Positions 1 to 10,122 of a DNA stretch of 64,000 nt are shown one piece after another. The DNA comes from a virus (Duplodnaviria; Caudoviricetes). Within the stretch, counting starts at the first letter, position 1. Each line of letters begins with the position of its first letter. Location: IMG/VR virus record IMGVR_UViG_3300031951_000008. One strand, written 5' to 3'. Under the pieces are notes generated by a model. The model did no database searches, was not told where the DNA came from, and worked only from the letters and a program-made list of their open reading frames with translations. A program made the translations under genes and the position numbers.

Positions 1-1
1 T

Positions 2-1135
2 GCACGTAACTTCAAAAGGCAACGATTTTACAATCCTACGACTGGCACATTTGATGAAAGATATTCGCCGTTAATACAGGAAGATGATATCTTCTTACCA
101 CGTCGCCCAGACGGGTCAGGTCCAGACATAGATGTCTTGCCTGGTGCAGAGAATCTGGACCAGATCGCCGATATTGAATACTTCAAGAAGAAGATGATAG
201 CCCCTATGAAGATACCATTCGCGAGAGTGGGAATTGGAGAGGGCGGTGGAGAGTCCAGCGAGAAATCGTTATCTCAATCGCATGCTGAATTTGCTAAGGC
301 TGTGCAGTGGATACAGAGAGAAGTCGCAACAGGCTTAACCAAAATAGCCATTATCCATCTAGCATTAAGAGGATACAGAACAGAAGATTTAAGAGGCTTT
401 GAACTTGCCCTGACAGCCACTTCTGCTATGGAAGAGCTGTACAGGATCGAAACCTGGCAAACAAGAGTTGGTGTGATGGCAGATCTAAAGGAACTTGGAT
501 GGTTCCCCAAAGAATGGATCGTCACACACTTTACTGATCTTTCGCCAGATGAGATCGAAGAACTGGAGGAGATGGAAGGTATAGCCAACACTCCAGATGA
601 GCAGCAAGGGCAGATAGGTGGTGCACCATCTGGTGGATTGGGAGGAATGGGTGGTCTGCCTCCAGATATCGAAGAAAATGACGAAGAAGCAGAAGCACCG
701 CAGGCAGAAGCCGAACCTATGCCTGGAGCAGCCATGGAGGGATTAGACTTAAGCTCTAGATCAGAGTTATTGCTTGAGATGAAGAATGCTGATAATAGAC
801 AACAACGACAACGAATTTTGAAGCGTTGGGCTGATAGACTCGGCAGACTTGCTGAAAGCAGAGAATTTAGTTCAGGATTCGACCATATATTAGAATCGAA
901 GGAATTAGATGGATTATCGAGGAAAGAACAAGTATCTCATGAATCCGGCACTATATTAGAATCTATCACTGACCCAAACTTAGATGGTGATAATATATTG
1001 GTTCGATGGTCAGTAGATAAGAAATTACGCGATGAGACAATTAAAGAAACATATGATCTGTTGGTCGGCGAAGAACTTGATGTCGGCGATGATATTGAGG
1101 AAATCCAAGAAGAGGATTTGCCGATTAAAGACTGA
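2..1135 (+). CDS. gp20: Portal vertex protein, T4 gp20-like (C-terminal part; 5' end outside window)
   Basis: Frame is open from position 2 and reads ...EDDIFLPRRPDGSGPDIDVLPGAENLDQIADIEYFKKKM..., matching the gp20 'EDFWLPRREGG.GTEI.TLPGG.NLG...DV.YF.KKL' block. It lies upstream of the protease and capsid genes and has an acidic tail with LAES/ILES motifs. Confidence 0.9.
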   Translation, partial: ARNFKRQRFYNPTTGTFDERYSPLIQEDDIFLPRRPDGSGPDIDVLPGAENLDQIADIEYFKKKMIAPMKIPFARVGIGEGGGESSEKSLSQSHAEFAKAVQWIQREVATGLTKIAIIHLALRGYRTEDLRGFELALTATSAMEELYRIETWQTRVGVMADLKELGWFPKEWIVTHFTDLSPDEIEELEEMEGIANTPDEQQGQIGGAPSGGLGGMGGLPPDIEENDEEAEAPQAEAEPMPGAAMEGLDLSSRSELLLEMKNADNRQQRQRILKRWADRLGRLAESREFSSGFDHILESKELDGLSRKEQVSHESGTILESITDPNLDGDNILVRWSVDKKLRDETIKETYDLLVGEELDVGDDIEEIQEEDLPIKD

Positions 1136-1154
1136 AGCAGATATTATGTTCGTT

Positions 1155-1162
1155 CAAAATTA
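1155..1162 (+). promoter_or_regulatory. Candidate late-promoter motif CAAAnnTA (CAAAATTA)
   Basis: Intergenic, upstream of the 984-aa core-like gene; the same motif recurs before other virion genes. Confidence 0.45.
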
Positions 1163-1242
1163 GACGTAGTCATCTAAAACGTAATTCATATGATAGAAAT
1201 TAATCTATCTGAAGAAAGCGTGATACTAGGAGTTAAAGAAGC

Positions 1243-4197
1243 ATGCCAAAGCCGGTGAAAATCGATAGTCGTAAGTTTTTGAGTGCCATCAATGAGTCTG
1301 CACAAGCGAATGTGGCACTTTATGAAGAAAAGGTTAGCCAGCTAGGACGCAGTGCCGGTAAAAGCTGGAAGCTGGCTTCTTTAAACAACAAGAGTTTGTA
1401 TATTGAAGACTCTCAAAGCAACACTTATTACGTTGCAGACCATAGCAAAGAACATGGTAAGGTAACAATCACGAATATTAGACCGCTCCAGATCGTTGAA
1501 GGCGAGAAAGAGGGCCTGTTCGCAGAGAACTGCTTAAAGCTAGTGCAAGCTATTTCTGAGAACGATCAAAAAGGAATGCAGACCGTATTCGATCGGATGA
1601 AAGCCCAGAGATTTTCTTCGCGAGCAGTGCCTCATTCAGGATCTGTAAAATGCAAGGATGGGGTTCTACGTAAGATTAATATTGTCCCAGAGAGTGCTAC
1701 ATTCACTGAAAGTGAAAGACGCAAGTTAATTTCGACGATTGTTGAAAGCTTGTCGGACAATGTGATCGTAGAGAACGGCAACATCGTAGGTGGCACATTT
1801 AACGACGGCGAACCGATCAAGCTTCCAGTGACCAAGTGGGCATCAAGGAAACTTGTAGCCAAGCGGATGTTAGAATCTGCAAAGAACGCATACTGGTCAG
1901 AAGGATTCCAAAAGAGAATCTACGATATCTCACGGTTAGTCGCTGAGTCGAAAATCGAACAAGCTGTACATGCCGTTGCTCCATTCTTGGACGAAATGGA
2001 AGAGTTTACTCTTTTAAACCAGAACCAATGGCAGGAATTGGTGGAAAACGCATTAGCTGCAAATGCTGTTTTCAATCAACAGCTATGCGAAGACACAGCG
2101 ACTTTGATGTTCAAGACGAACATGCGAATTAGCCGCGAGAAGATCGTGAAAGAATGGCGTAACATTGCTGTGAAGACAGAACACCCTGTTTTAGCGGAAA
2201 ATGTGAGCGTTCTGGCTGATTCGCGCAATTTTGAGTCTTCCTATCAGAAGTTTTTATCTCTGATCTTTGAAGCCGTATCGAACAGAGAAATAACCGCAGA
2301 AGCTCTAGCTACTACTTTAGAAGTTTTGAAGAACAAGACTCCTAAAATTAAAGAGTCTCATGATTTGTCCAGTAAGCTTGACAACTTGGTAGCACGCTTG
2401 AAAGATTCGAACTTAGATGATGCTGCGATCTACGAAGCAGAAGACTTAATAGCGACAATCCAAGAAGAGCTAACAGCTAACGACTCACTCCAAGATTTTG
2501 ATCAGATGCCCGGATTGGGCGGAGGCGATGCTGGGTTAGATGTAGAGGCAGGTAGCGGAACACCGGTAATCAACATTAACTCTCCACTCATTCAGATCGG
2601 TGGAAGCAGCTCGGCAAGTGGCGATCAAGGTGAAGATGATCTTAGCGATCTAGATATGGGCGAAGAGATGCCAAGCGAGGAGGAAAGCTTGGATGACTTA
2701 CTTGGCGCAGCCCCAACGCAAGCACCTGCCGCTCCTGCTGCTGCACCAGCACAGGCCCCAGCTGCTCCTGCAGCCGCCCCCGCTTTTGAAAGCAGACTCA
2801 AAGGCCGTGCTGTGAATGAGTCTCGTCCGGTTCATTATGAGATGAAAGACGAAAATGACGATGACATGCCAGGTGAGGAAGAAGAGATTGAAGAATCCAA
2901 TGATCCATATTCTTACAATGGTGGCTCTGTTGTCGAGCATACCTTGTTAAATGACTATGGTTCTCCTGTGATATCAGACAGAGCAGACTTGGCTAAGATC
3001 ACCAACGTCATGAGAAGATTAGCTGTCACAAGAAGACTTACTGGTGAGATGCTAGAGCACAATCTGCCAAGCATGGCTGAAGCGAGTATCAAAGCATTAG
3101 GCATCAGACTTCATGAATCGAAGATGCCGAGAGCTATTGAACAAGCAATCGAGTTGTTCAATGAAGAATCAGGAAAGAATCCTTTCCCTGGGGCTGCACC
3201 GCCTTTCGGCAAGAAGTCTTCTGTTGATAATGATGGCGACGGCAAGTTCAACTGGGAAGATGAAGATGAGAGCGAAGACGATAGCGAAGATGAAGGAATG
3301 GCTGAAGAGCAATACCATAAGCCAAGCATTCCACAGAGAGGATACAAGAAAGCTAGCGTTCAACAGTTAGAAGAGGGTATAGCTTGGGGGACTTCTCAAG
3401 CAGATGCTGTACTCGGTGAGTATCGTGGTGTCCCATTCATCTTCGACCATGGTGGAGATAATCAAGCATTATCACCAGTAATCTTGAGTGAAGATGGATC
3501 GGTCGAAATTCCAATTCCAGCTAATCTGGTGGAGAGTGCTTTCGCTGCTGCTAATATGGCCAGTGGATCAGGAGAAGCATTCTGTCAATGGCTTGGCGGT
3601 TCGATCGAGCAACTGCGTCCTATTACTGACGACGAGGATTTGTCGATCAGTGAGGCGATGGCAAAGATTACTACTGGCCCAGATGGGTCGATATCAGTCG
3701 AAGTTTCAGATGACGTTGAAGTCAATGAGCTTGGGGACGATATGGACGATATGGACGATATGGGCGATATGGAAGATGAGGGAGAATCAGAAGCAGAATT
3801 TGACTTAGACAATGACGGTGAAACCGATGTAGAAGTCGAAATGGACGACGAAATGCAGCCAGTTGATGCAGTGGATGTCTCAGTGGTAGATTCAGAAGCT
3901 GGCGACGAAGATGAGATGCCAGATTTTGACGATGAAGAGTCCATGGATGATGACGGCTCAGATGAGTCAGAGGACTTCGGCGACGAATCTGATGAAGACG
4001 AAGGCTTGGCAGAGGACAATGATATCACTGATCCAAAGAGTGCTAAGTACGCGAAGCACACGAAGGAGAACTTGCGTGATATGCCGACACCAAAGCTCCC
4101 AAAGAAGTCAGATGACCAACTAGACAAACTCGGACCGACGCTTAAAAACGACGACGGTTCGGGCACGAAACCACCAGTAGCAAGGAAGGGCAGCTAG
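1243..4197 (+). CDS. Large acidic prohead core / internal head protein (putative)
   Basis: Occupies the T4 gp67/gp68 position between portal and protease. It has a very D/E-rich C-terminal half and many I/L/V-x-E-S motifs (AINES, AVNES, RLHES). Confidence 0.6.
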   Translation: MPKPVKIDSRKFLSAINESAQANVALYEEKVSQLGRSAGKSWKLASLNNKSLYIEDSQSNTYYVADHSKEHGKVTITNIRPLQIVEGEKEGLFAENCLKLVQAISENDQKGMQTVFDRMKAQRFSSRAVPHSGSVKCKDGVLRKINIVPESATFTESERRKLISTIVESLSDNVIVENGNIVGGTFNDGEPIKLPVTKWASRKLVAKRMLESAKNAYWSEGFQKRIYDISRLVAESKIEQAVHAVAPFLDEMEEFTLLNQNQWQELVENALAANAVFNQQLCEDTATLMFKTNMRISREKIVKEWRNIAVKTEHPVLAENVSVLADSRNFESSYQKFLSLIFEAVSNREITAEALATTLEVLKNKTPKIKESHDLSSKLDNLVARLKDSNLDDAAIYEAEDLIATIQEELTANDSLQDFDQMPGLGGGDAGLDVEAGSGTPVININSPLIQIGGSSSASGDQGEDDLSDLDMGEEMPSEEESLDDLLGAAPTQAPAAPAAAPAQAPAAPAAAPAFESRLKGRAVNESRPVHYEMKDENDDDMPGEEEEIEESNDPYSYNGGSVVEHTLLNDYGSPVISDRADLAKITNVMRRLAVTRRLTGEMLEHNLPSMAEASIKALGIRLHESKMPRAIEQAIELFNEESGKNPFPGAAPPFGKKSSVDNDGDGKFNWEDEDESEDDSEDEGMAEEQYHKPSIPQRGYKKASVQQLEEGIAWGTSQADAVLGEYRGVPFIFDHGGDNQALSPVILSEDGSVEIPIPANLVESAFAAANMASGSGEAFCQWLGGSIEQLRPITDDEDLSISEAMAKITTGPDGSISVEVSDDVEVNELGDDMDDMDDMGDMEDEGESEAEFDLDNDGETDVEVEMDDEMQPVDAVDVSVVDSEAGDEDEMPDFDDEESMDDDGSDESEDFGDESDEDEGLAEDNDITDPKSAKYAKHTKENLRDMPTPKLPKKSDDQLDKLGPTLKNDDGSGTKPPVARKGS

Positions 4198-4198
4198 C

Positions 4199-4981
4199 AT
4201 GCTACCAAGTCGCAGTGCTTATATTGGTAATGGGATGATTATCGATAGGAAACTGATAGCAGAAACTGGTGTAATACCAGTAGGTCTACAGCTGATTACA
4301 GATACCTTCCCATTCCAAGTCATCGATAAAAAAGAAACGGTGACAGAAGATGTAAATGGTCGAGAAGTACCGGTGATGAGAGTTACCGGCCTTTTCCAAA
4401 TGGGCGATAAGGAAAATGCTAACCAGCGTTTTTACTCTACCAAAGATGTTTTAGCTCCGGCTGTACAAAGCATCCAAGAAGATGTAAGTGGTAGGGCGGT
4501 GATGGGCGAGTATGATCACCCCGCCGATGCTAAGATCCACTTAGATCGCGTAAGTCATCTCATAACGAAAATATGGATGGATGGACGCAAGGTCTTTGGA
4601 GAAGCTGAGATCTTACACAAGTTACCACTAGGTGCATGCCTTAGAGGACTATTCGAGCATAAAGTTCGAGTCGGTATCTCTTCTAGAGGCGTTGGTGACA
4701 TGGAGGTAGCTGAAAACCACGGGCAACAGATCTACCGCGTCATGCCAGGCTATGCTTTCGTTACTTGGGACGCAGTAGCAGAACCATCGGTTAGCGGAGC
4801 TATCCTTAATATTCAAGAAGGTCTGAACAGACGCTTGAATCCCATTAAGAAGTTACGGAATCAATTTACGCCAGAGACTTATAACAACTTGGTAGTAGAA
4901 GAAATAAACGACTACTTCGGGTTGAATAAGAGAGGCCCAAAATCAGGTTTGAATACTAGAAGCTTGCGAACGCGTAGCTAA
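4199..4981 (+). CDS. gp21: Prohead maturation protease, T4 gp21-like
   Basis: Motifs GLFQ..D.EN.NQRFY, GEYDHP, RVSHLI, VGISSRGVG, WDAVAEPS. Confidence 0.93.
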   Translation: MLPSRSAYIGNGMIIDRKLIAETGVIPVGLQLITDTFPFQVIDKKETVTEDVNGREVPVMRVTGLFQMGDKENANQRFYSTKDVLAPAVQSIQEDVSGRAVMGEYDHPADAKIHLDRVSHLITKIWMDGRKVFGEAEILHKLPLGACLRGLFEHKVRVGISSRGVGDMEVAENHGQQIYRVMPGYAFVTWDAVAEPSVSGAILNIQEGLNRRLNPIKKLRNQFTPETYNNLVVEEINDYFGLNKRGPKSGLNTRSLRTRS

Positions 4982-4992
4982 TATTATTCGTG

Positions 4993-5000
4993 CAAAAATA
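4993..5000 (+). promoter_or_regulatory. Candidate late-promoter motif CAAAnnTA (CAAAAATA)
   Basis: In the 42-nt gap upstream of the scaffold/capsid genes. Confidence 0.5.
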
Positions 5001-5023
5001 ATTTCAGCAGTTCCAGGAGCAAT

Positions 5024-5728
5024 TTGACTATGAAAATCAAGAACCTTTTAGTTAAGGCAGGCTGTAACCCAGAGTTGGTTGACAGCATTGTTGAGTCTTT
5101 GGAAACTTACAAAGCATCTGTCAGAGATGAATTTGAAGCAGATTTCAAGGCTCGGATTGAGCAGGCAAAGAAAGTCTGCCTGGAAGAAACTGAAGCATAC
5201 AAGAGAACACTCGCGAAGCGAGTGCAGACCTTTTGTGAGACGAAAACTGCTGCTGTTGAAGCAAGCGTTGCTAAGCAGTCGGCCCTTAATGAGTCTGAAG
5301 CAGCCTCCAAGCTACGCCAGTTAAGCAATATGCTTAGCGGCTATGCAATGAATGGTGCTGATAATGGACAAATTACAGCCGCGTTGGGTAAAGAAAAACG
5401 CAGAAGCCAGCAGTTGAGCGAAGAGAAGAGTAAGGCGATTGAAGTCGCTAACCGTCAAACCGAAATTGCCAAAAAGGCTCTTAAGGAAAACCGACGTTTA
5501 GCTACTGAGTTAGCGAACGCTAAGAAGCAAATTGCAGAGGGTGTAGTACCTCAACGCAATTCTACGCGGATCGACGAGAGCCGCAAGCCTGCTTCGACCC
5601 CACGCACTCACCGCCCAACGCTTCTTGAGAATCAGGATCGGAGAGCTAAACCGGCACAGCCAACCGCTCTTAATAAGCGGACTGGCATTTCGGCCATTGC
5701 TGAAACAATGGACACTGACCTGATCTAA
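5024..5728 (+). CDS. Prohead scaffold protein (gp22-like)
   Basis: Helical, coiled-coil-like composition; directly upstream of the major capsid gene; LNES/IDES/LLEN motifs. Confidence 0.75.
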   Translation: MTMKIKNLLVKAGCNPELVDSIVESLETYKASVRDEFEADFKARIEQAKKVCLEETEAYKRTLAKRVQTFCETKTAAVEASVAKQSALNESEAASKLRQLSNMLSGYAMNGADNGQITAALGKEKRRSQQLSEEKSKAIEVANRQTEIAKKALKENRRLATELANAKKQIAEGVVPQRNSTRIDESRKPASTPRTHRPTLLENQDRRAKPAQPTALNKRTGISAIAETMDTDLI

Positions 5729-5779
5729 TAGTAGATCGATTGTCGAACCAACAAAACCCAACGCCAGGAGAAACTGAAA

Positions 5780-7381
5780 ATGGCTTTACGTTCAAGAATG
5801 GTACAACGCGGTGGTCGGCACCTCGTTGAGAGCACCAATGCAAGACGACCTATTAACGAAGTCGTCGATCCACACGCTGCAAGCGTTATGCGGGAGTCGA
5901 AGAAGAACGGCCTCGTTAAAAAGTGGTCCCCAGTTCTGCAGAAATGCCAAGAAGTCACGCCAGGTAAATTTGGCTTGATGGCGGCAATTCTGGAGAACCA
6001 GTACAACCACAACAGCCCAACCAATCGTTCGATCATTCTCGAAGATCAAACGACCACTGCGAACATTGCTGACTTCACCCGATTCGCCTTGCCTCTGATT
6101 CGCAAGTCGTATCCGAAGCTCATCGCTGATAACCTTGTCGGTGTCCAGCCAATGAGCCAACCAGCCAGCTTGATTTTCTACATTCGATACCGATACGCTT
6201 TGACCAAGGGTCAAACTGTTGCTGGTACTCAAATCATGCGTCAGAACACGGCTCAAGGATATGCTCGCCAAAACGGTTGGGCACTTGATCCGTACTACTC
6301 GTCGCAAGAAGTCCGTGGCGAAGACGCTACGATCGTCGGCGGCACAGTAGTTAGTGCTACTCTCGCACACCGACCTGTATTGGCCGGTACCGTGATGGTC
6401 GAGGTTTTTGCTAGCGAAGCAGATGCCAGCCCAAGCTGCGACGATGCTGAACCATGCTTGCGAGTTACTTTCGATGCCAACGGCGATGCCGACAACGTCA
6501 TCATCGGCGATTGCACCGATTTTACCTCCACGATCTCGGTAGACGTTTCGACCCCAGGTGCGACAGCTTTCAACCACACCACCGGTGCAGTACAGATCAG
6601 CCTTGACGGCGGATCGTTCCCAGTTGGAGCTGTTGCTCGCGTCAATTACGACTATGACCTCGAAGCGAATCCTTTCCAGCCAGAGGTGACTCTGAGCATC
6701 GATAGCGATTCTGTCGCAGCGATTACCAGAAAGCTCAAGACTTCTTGGTCGCTTGAAGCCGCTCAAGATCTCAAGGCCGTCCACAACATCGACGCTGAAA
6801 GCACGCTGACCGATCTGATGGCTGATGAAATGGTCGCCGAAATCGACCGGGAAATCATCAATGACCTCATCATCGCTGCTGCTATCCGTGCTAACCACAA
6901 CTTTGCGACTGCTGCTGGTGCCTCGGTTAACTTCACCGACCGCAACATCGCCCTGATGTACAAGGCACTGGAAGTCGCGAATATCATCCACAGAACCACC
7001 CTCCGTGGTCCTGCGAACTGGATGGTTATGTCATCCGACATCTGCTCGAAGTTCGAACAGCTTAACGACTTCCGAGCATCCGATGCTTTCACGACTGAAG
7101 GCGTTGATGTCGGGATTATGAACGTTGGTACGATCCAAGGCAAGATGAAGATCTACAAAGATCCTCTCTTCCCGAACTGCAAGATTTTGATGGGCTTCAA
7201 GGGATCTAGCGTTTTGGATGCTGGTTACTTCTACGCACCATACATTCCATTGCTCTCGACCCCAACCGTTCTCGATCCGAACAGCTACACTCCGTCTAAG
7301 GGTATCATGACCCGATACGGCAAGAAGCTCATTGAAGACGGTGGTCTTTACTACGCGACGATCAACGTCAGCAACCTGTAA
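5780..7381 (+). CDS. gp23: Major capsid protein, T4 gp23-like
   Basis: Motifs LVKKWSPVL, AAILENQ, LVGVQPMSQPASLIF, AITRKLK..WSLEAAQDLKAVH..DAE..L, EIDREII, GYFYAPYIPL, GIMTRYG. Confidence 0.97.
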   Translation: MALRSRMVQRGGRHLVESTNARRPINEVVDPHAASVMRESKKNGLVKKWSPVLQKCQEVTPGKFGLMAAILENQYNHNSPTNRSIILEDQTTTANIADFTRFALPLIRKSYPKLIADNLVGVQPMSQPASLIFYIRYRYALTKGQTVAGTQIMRQNTAQGYARQNGWALDPYYSSQEVRGEDATIVGGTVVSATLAHRPVLAGTVMVEVFASEADASPSCDDAEPCLRVTFDANGDADNVIIGDCTDFTSTISVDVSTPGATAFNHTTGAVQISLDGGSFPVGAVARVNYDYDLEANPFQPEVTLSIDSDSVAAITRKLKTSWSLEAAQDLKAVHNIDAESTLTDLMADEMVAEIDREIINDLIIAAAIRANHNFATAAGASVNFTDRNIALMYKALEVANIIHRTTLRGPANWMVMSSDICSKFEQLNDFRASDAFTTEGVDVGIMNVGTIQGKMKIYKDPLFPNCKILMGFKGSSVLDAGYFYAPYIPLLSTPTVLDPNSYTPSKGIMTRYGKKLIEDGGLYYATINVSNL

Positions 7382-7414
7382 GCTGTTGATATTCGACTAA
7401 GCTACTTAGAAATT

Positions 7415-7446
7415 AAGAAAGCCGATCAGAGATGGTCGGCTTTCTT
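7415..7446 (+). terminator. Intrinsic terminator after capsid gene
   Basis: AAGAAAGCCGATCA-GAGA-TGGTCGGCTTTCTT hairpin with T-rich end. Confidence 0.8.
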
Positions 7447-7487
7447 CGTATTATGATGTTGGGCACGATAATAAATAACCAACATGT

Positions 7488-7940
7488 GTGTATTGTCGTA
7501 GCATGGAAAATGCTATACTCGATTACTTACGTAATAACCTCAAGCTCGATCGTCAAGACTTAATTGCTGTAGTGACAACAGGTTCTTCTGCTGAAAAGCG
7601 ATACTATGCTCTAAGTGATCAGATAGACTTCCATAGATCAGAGGCTTGTCGGCATGAAAACGGCAATGGGATTCTTATTGAATTGTATTACACAAAAATA
7701 GCAAATTCTTGTCTTGCTAATGCTATCGTCCCAGATTATGACAAACGTATCGGTAACTTCATTACTATTCAAGTTACCTTAGACTTCGTCAAGATAACTC
7801 ATTATGAAGACACTTGGTTTAGCGATCAAGCGTTTCCAACGGGATTAGAGCCTCCATTCCCGGCGACTGAGTATATTTGTATTCATGATCAACAGGTATT
7901 AGATAAGATAATTAAGAAAGTATTAGGATTTTTAAGATAG
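7488..7940 (+). CDS. Hypothetical protein
   Basis: 150-aa ORF filling the gap; start may be the downstream ATG (MENAIL). Confidence 0.55.
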   Translation: MYCRSMENAILDYLRNNLKLDRQDLIAVVTTGSSAEKRYYALSDQIDFHRSEACRHENGNGILIELYYTKIANSCLANAIVPDYDKRIGNFITIQVTLDFVKITHYEDTWFSDQAFPTGLEPPFPATEYICIHDQQVLDKIIKKVLGFLR

Positions 7941-7952
7941 CTGCGATATTCA

Positions 7953-9281
7953 TTATACGTGTTCTTGCCAGGTGACGGCCCCAACAGCATCGTCGTTGTT
8001 GTTGGTAGCAATTGCTGCTAAACACCAGATATCAGAGATGCCTGATATTGATCTACCGAGCTGTTGGCTAAAGTCAACATCCGTACTGCTCACGCTAGCC
8101 GTGCCACCCTTATTCGAGCCAACAAATATTCCTTGGTCTAAAATATGGCCACCACTTAGTGCTGATGCAGAAATATCATATTCAACAGAACTCGTAGAGC
8201 CAGCAGAGGTCCAATTGGGGTCTGTCAACGTTGGATTGAGAATTAGCCTATATCCAAACGCAGCTTGCTGTAAACCGTAAATGTCAAATTTTGTAGGAAC
8301 TACGATGCTATCTATATTTGATGATTTTAATCTTAAGCATACCAAAGGAGTATAATCTAACTGGCTTAAGTTTTTACCAGAGAGACTGGTTCCTATTGCC
8401 CTGCTGATGCTGCGATTGGCATAGCCACCTTCAGATATGACCGTAGAACAAATGGCCTTCATCGAACCAGATGCCCCCGATGACGAAATTTCATATCTGA
8501 CTGGTAAGCATGCAGTGGTCATGTAGACTTTATCGAGTATATTCGCATGATGGAATGTATGACATATAATGAAATTGCCATCAATAACAAAGCCAGACCG
8601 CACATCGCCCACGCCTAGCCACTCGACATCGCACCACCAGATCTGTGCTTTGCTAAGATCAAGGTTTATACCGCTTGGCCCATTCCCGTCGAGGCGGTCT
8701 CCATTCCAATTAGATCTCGAAACTTTTTCTGATGAGTCGTCGACAATTCCGCTAGTATACTTCCGGATAACTAAGTTAATAGTGGTGCCGTCTAATTCTA
8801 GGTATACACCATTTTGTGCACCGAAGTAACCTACTCTCTGCCTAAGATTAGCAGTCGGTGCGTTAAATACAAAAGTAGCTAGCACAAGAAGGCTCTTGCC
8901 GGGTTGATAAGCAAATACTTGCTTGCTTTGGCGGGTAACAGAGTCACCACTACCTGTAACTGTCATTTGGACTGAGCATTCGTTAGGAAGAAATATAGAA
9001 GTTGCAGATCCTATATCGACTTGATCCCATGCCAGCACATCTTCACCGTATCTCAAAGCCCCGTCCCATAGTGTAAATGGCTGGCTAACTCTTAGTCTAC
9101 AAAACGCATCAGTAGCAGCAGGGCCAAATTTGATAATAGGACTATTTGAGACTGATATGCTACCATCAACTGTAATGCTACTGCCGCCATCGGAGACCGG
9201 TATTGGGTTACCTTCGTCATTCGCGATTTCTACTTCATTTGTGACAGTAACTTCTTTAATATATGTCATATTATGTTCCAC
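7953..9281 (-). CDS. Putative virion structural protein
   Basis: Motifs DAFCRLRVSQPFTLWD, YQPGKS, RQRVGYF, WNGD.LDG.GPSG, EWLGVG.VR.GF, YMTTACLPVRYEI, typical of a widespread phage virion protein family. Confidence 0.7.
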   Translation of the reverse strand: MEHNMTYIKEVTVTNEVEIANDEGNPIPVSDGGSSITVDGSISVSNSPIIKFGPAATDAFCRLRVSQPFTLWDGALRYGEDVLAWDQVDIGSATSIFLPNECSVQMTVTGSGDSVTRQSKQVFAYQPGKSLLVLATFVFNAPTANLRQRVGYFGAQNGVYLELDGTTINLVIRKYTSGIVDDSSEKVSRSNWNGDRLDGNGPSGINLDLSKAQIWWCDVEWLGVGDVRSGFVIDGNFIICHTFHHANILDKVYMTTACLPVRYEISSSGASGSMKAICSTVISEGGYANRSISRAIGTSLSGKNLSQLDYTPLVCLRLKSSNIDSIVVPTKFDIYGLQQAAFGYRLILNPTLTDPNWTSAGSTSSVEYDISASALSGGHILDQGIFVGSNKGGTASVSSTDVDFSQQLGRSISGISDIWCLAAIATNNNDDAVGAVTWQEHV

Positions 9282-9856
9282 TCCGTACCATCGTAAACCA
9301 TAGCGAATGATTCTCTTGCTTTGACTGTTGGGTTTACTTCGCTATCAACAGTAGCCAAGATTGTGACCGTTTCTGACGGCGTTGAGTTTTTTACAACTAC
9401 CCGATATCCTGCAGAAGGTTCAGCTGGTAGTGTGACATTTAGAGTGTCTTTGCAGACCACTATAGTGGGGTTGTGAACGACGGTATAATCATCAGTTACG
9501 ACTACTAGTTGTTCGCCTACACCACCAGTGACGCTTATAACACCTTCTGCGACATCGATGCCTGTGCCTATCTTTACCTTGCCATATACTGTTTTTGAAG
9601 TATAGGGTATAAAGTCCATAAAATGGTCTTCAATATAGGAAATACGCTTACCTGTTAACCAGTCAATAAAGTCCTGTAATTTATCGCTAATGACTACTTC
9701 ATTGATGAGCTGATCGAGTTTGTCTCTAGGAATATCGACATCTAGCTGGTTATCCTTGAGATTTATTAAAAATTCCCACGTTGTGTCATCTGTATAAGCT
9801 ACTCTTGAAATAAGAGCATGCAATATGAGGCTGCGTATATTGTTCATAAGATTCAC
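9266..9856 (-). CDS. Hypothetical protein with fibre-like C-terminus
   Basis: C-terminal G.VKIG.GI.V..GVISV and VTLPA...G..V.VKN...YDGTEWNII segments resemble phage fibre modules. Confidence 0.55.
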   Translation of the reverse strand: MNLMNNIRSLILHALISRVAYTDDTTWEFLINLKDNQLDVDIPRDKLDQLINEVVISDKLQDFIDWLTGKRISYIEDHFMDFIPYTSKTVYGKVKIGTGIDVAEGVISVTGGVGEQLVVVTDDYTVVHNPTIVVCKDTLNVTLPAEPSAGYRVVVKNSTPSETVTILATVDSEVNPTVKARESFAMVYDGTEWNII

Positions 9857-9865
9857 CGTTTAAAG

Positions 9866-9873
9866 TATATTTG
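9866..9873 (-). promoter_or_regulatory. Candidate late-promoter motif CAAAnnTA (CAAATATA on minus strand)
   Basis: Divergent intergenic region, upstream of the leftward structural genes. Confidence 0.45.
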
Positions 9874-9884
9874 TTGTAGGAGAT

Positions 9885-9892
9885 CAAAAATA
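9885..9892 (+). promoter_or_regulatory. Candidate late-promoter motif CAAAnnTA (CAAAAATA)
   Basis: 20 nt upstream of the 9913 start, followed by an AAGGAG ribosome-binding site. Confidence 0.5.
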
Positions 9893-9912
9893 GTAAAATA
9901 AGGAGTAATGAG

Positions 9913-10122
9913 ATGCCTTGGAGTGTTGTTAAATCAGGTAGCGGTTATAAAGTTCGCAATAAGGACACCGGCAAGACATATAGTAAGAAGTCTATGACAA
10001 AGGAAAAGGCCAATCGACAACTACGTGCTCTATATGCGAACGTTAAAGAGAGCCGCAGTCATTTCGATAAGTTGTTGCAAGAAGCATTGGGCAAATTGGA
10101 TGCAGACAGGACAAGTGATTGA
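9913..10122 (+). CDS. Small basic protein, possible head cargo
   Basis: MPWSVVKSGSGYKVRNK..G..YSKK.MTKEKANRQLRALYA, then VKES and LLQEA motifs; strong RBS. Confidence 0.7.
   Translation: MPWSVVKSGSGYKVRNKDTGKTYSKKSMTKEKANRQLRALYANVKESRSHFDKLLQEALGKLDADRTSD

Noticed and set aside
3585-4166. Ser-rich minus-strand ORFs (also 274..735 and 3111..3347)
   Set aside because: Mirror images of D/E-rich sense-strand tracts.
5792-6991. 399-aa minus-strand ORF opposite the capsid gene
   Set aside because: Antisense shadow caused by the biased codon usage of gp23; no motifs or RBS.
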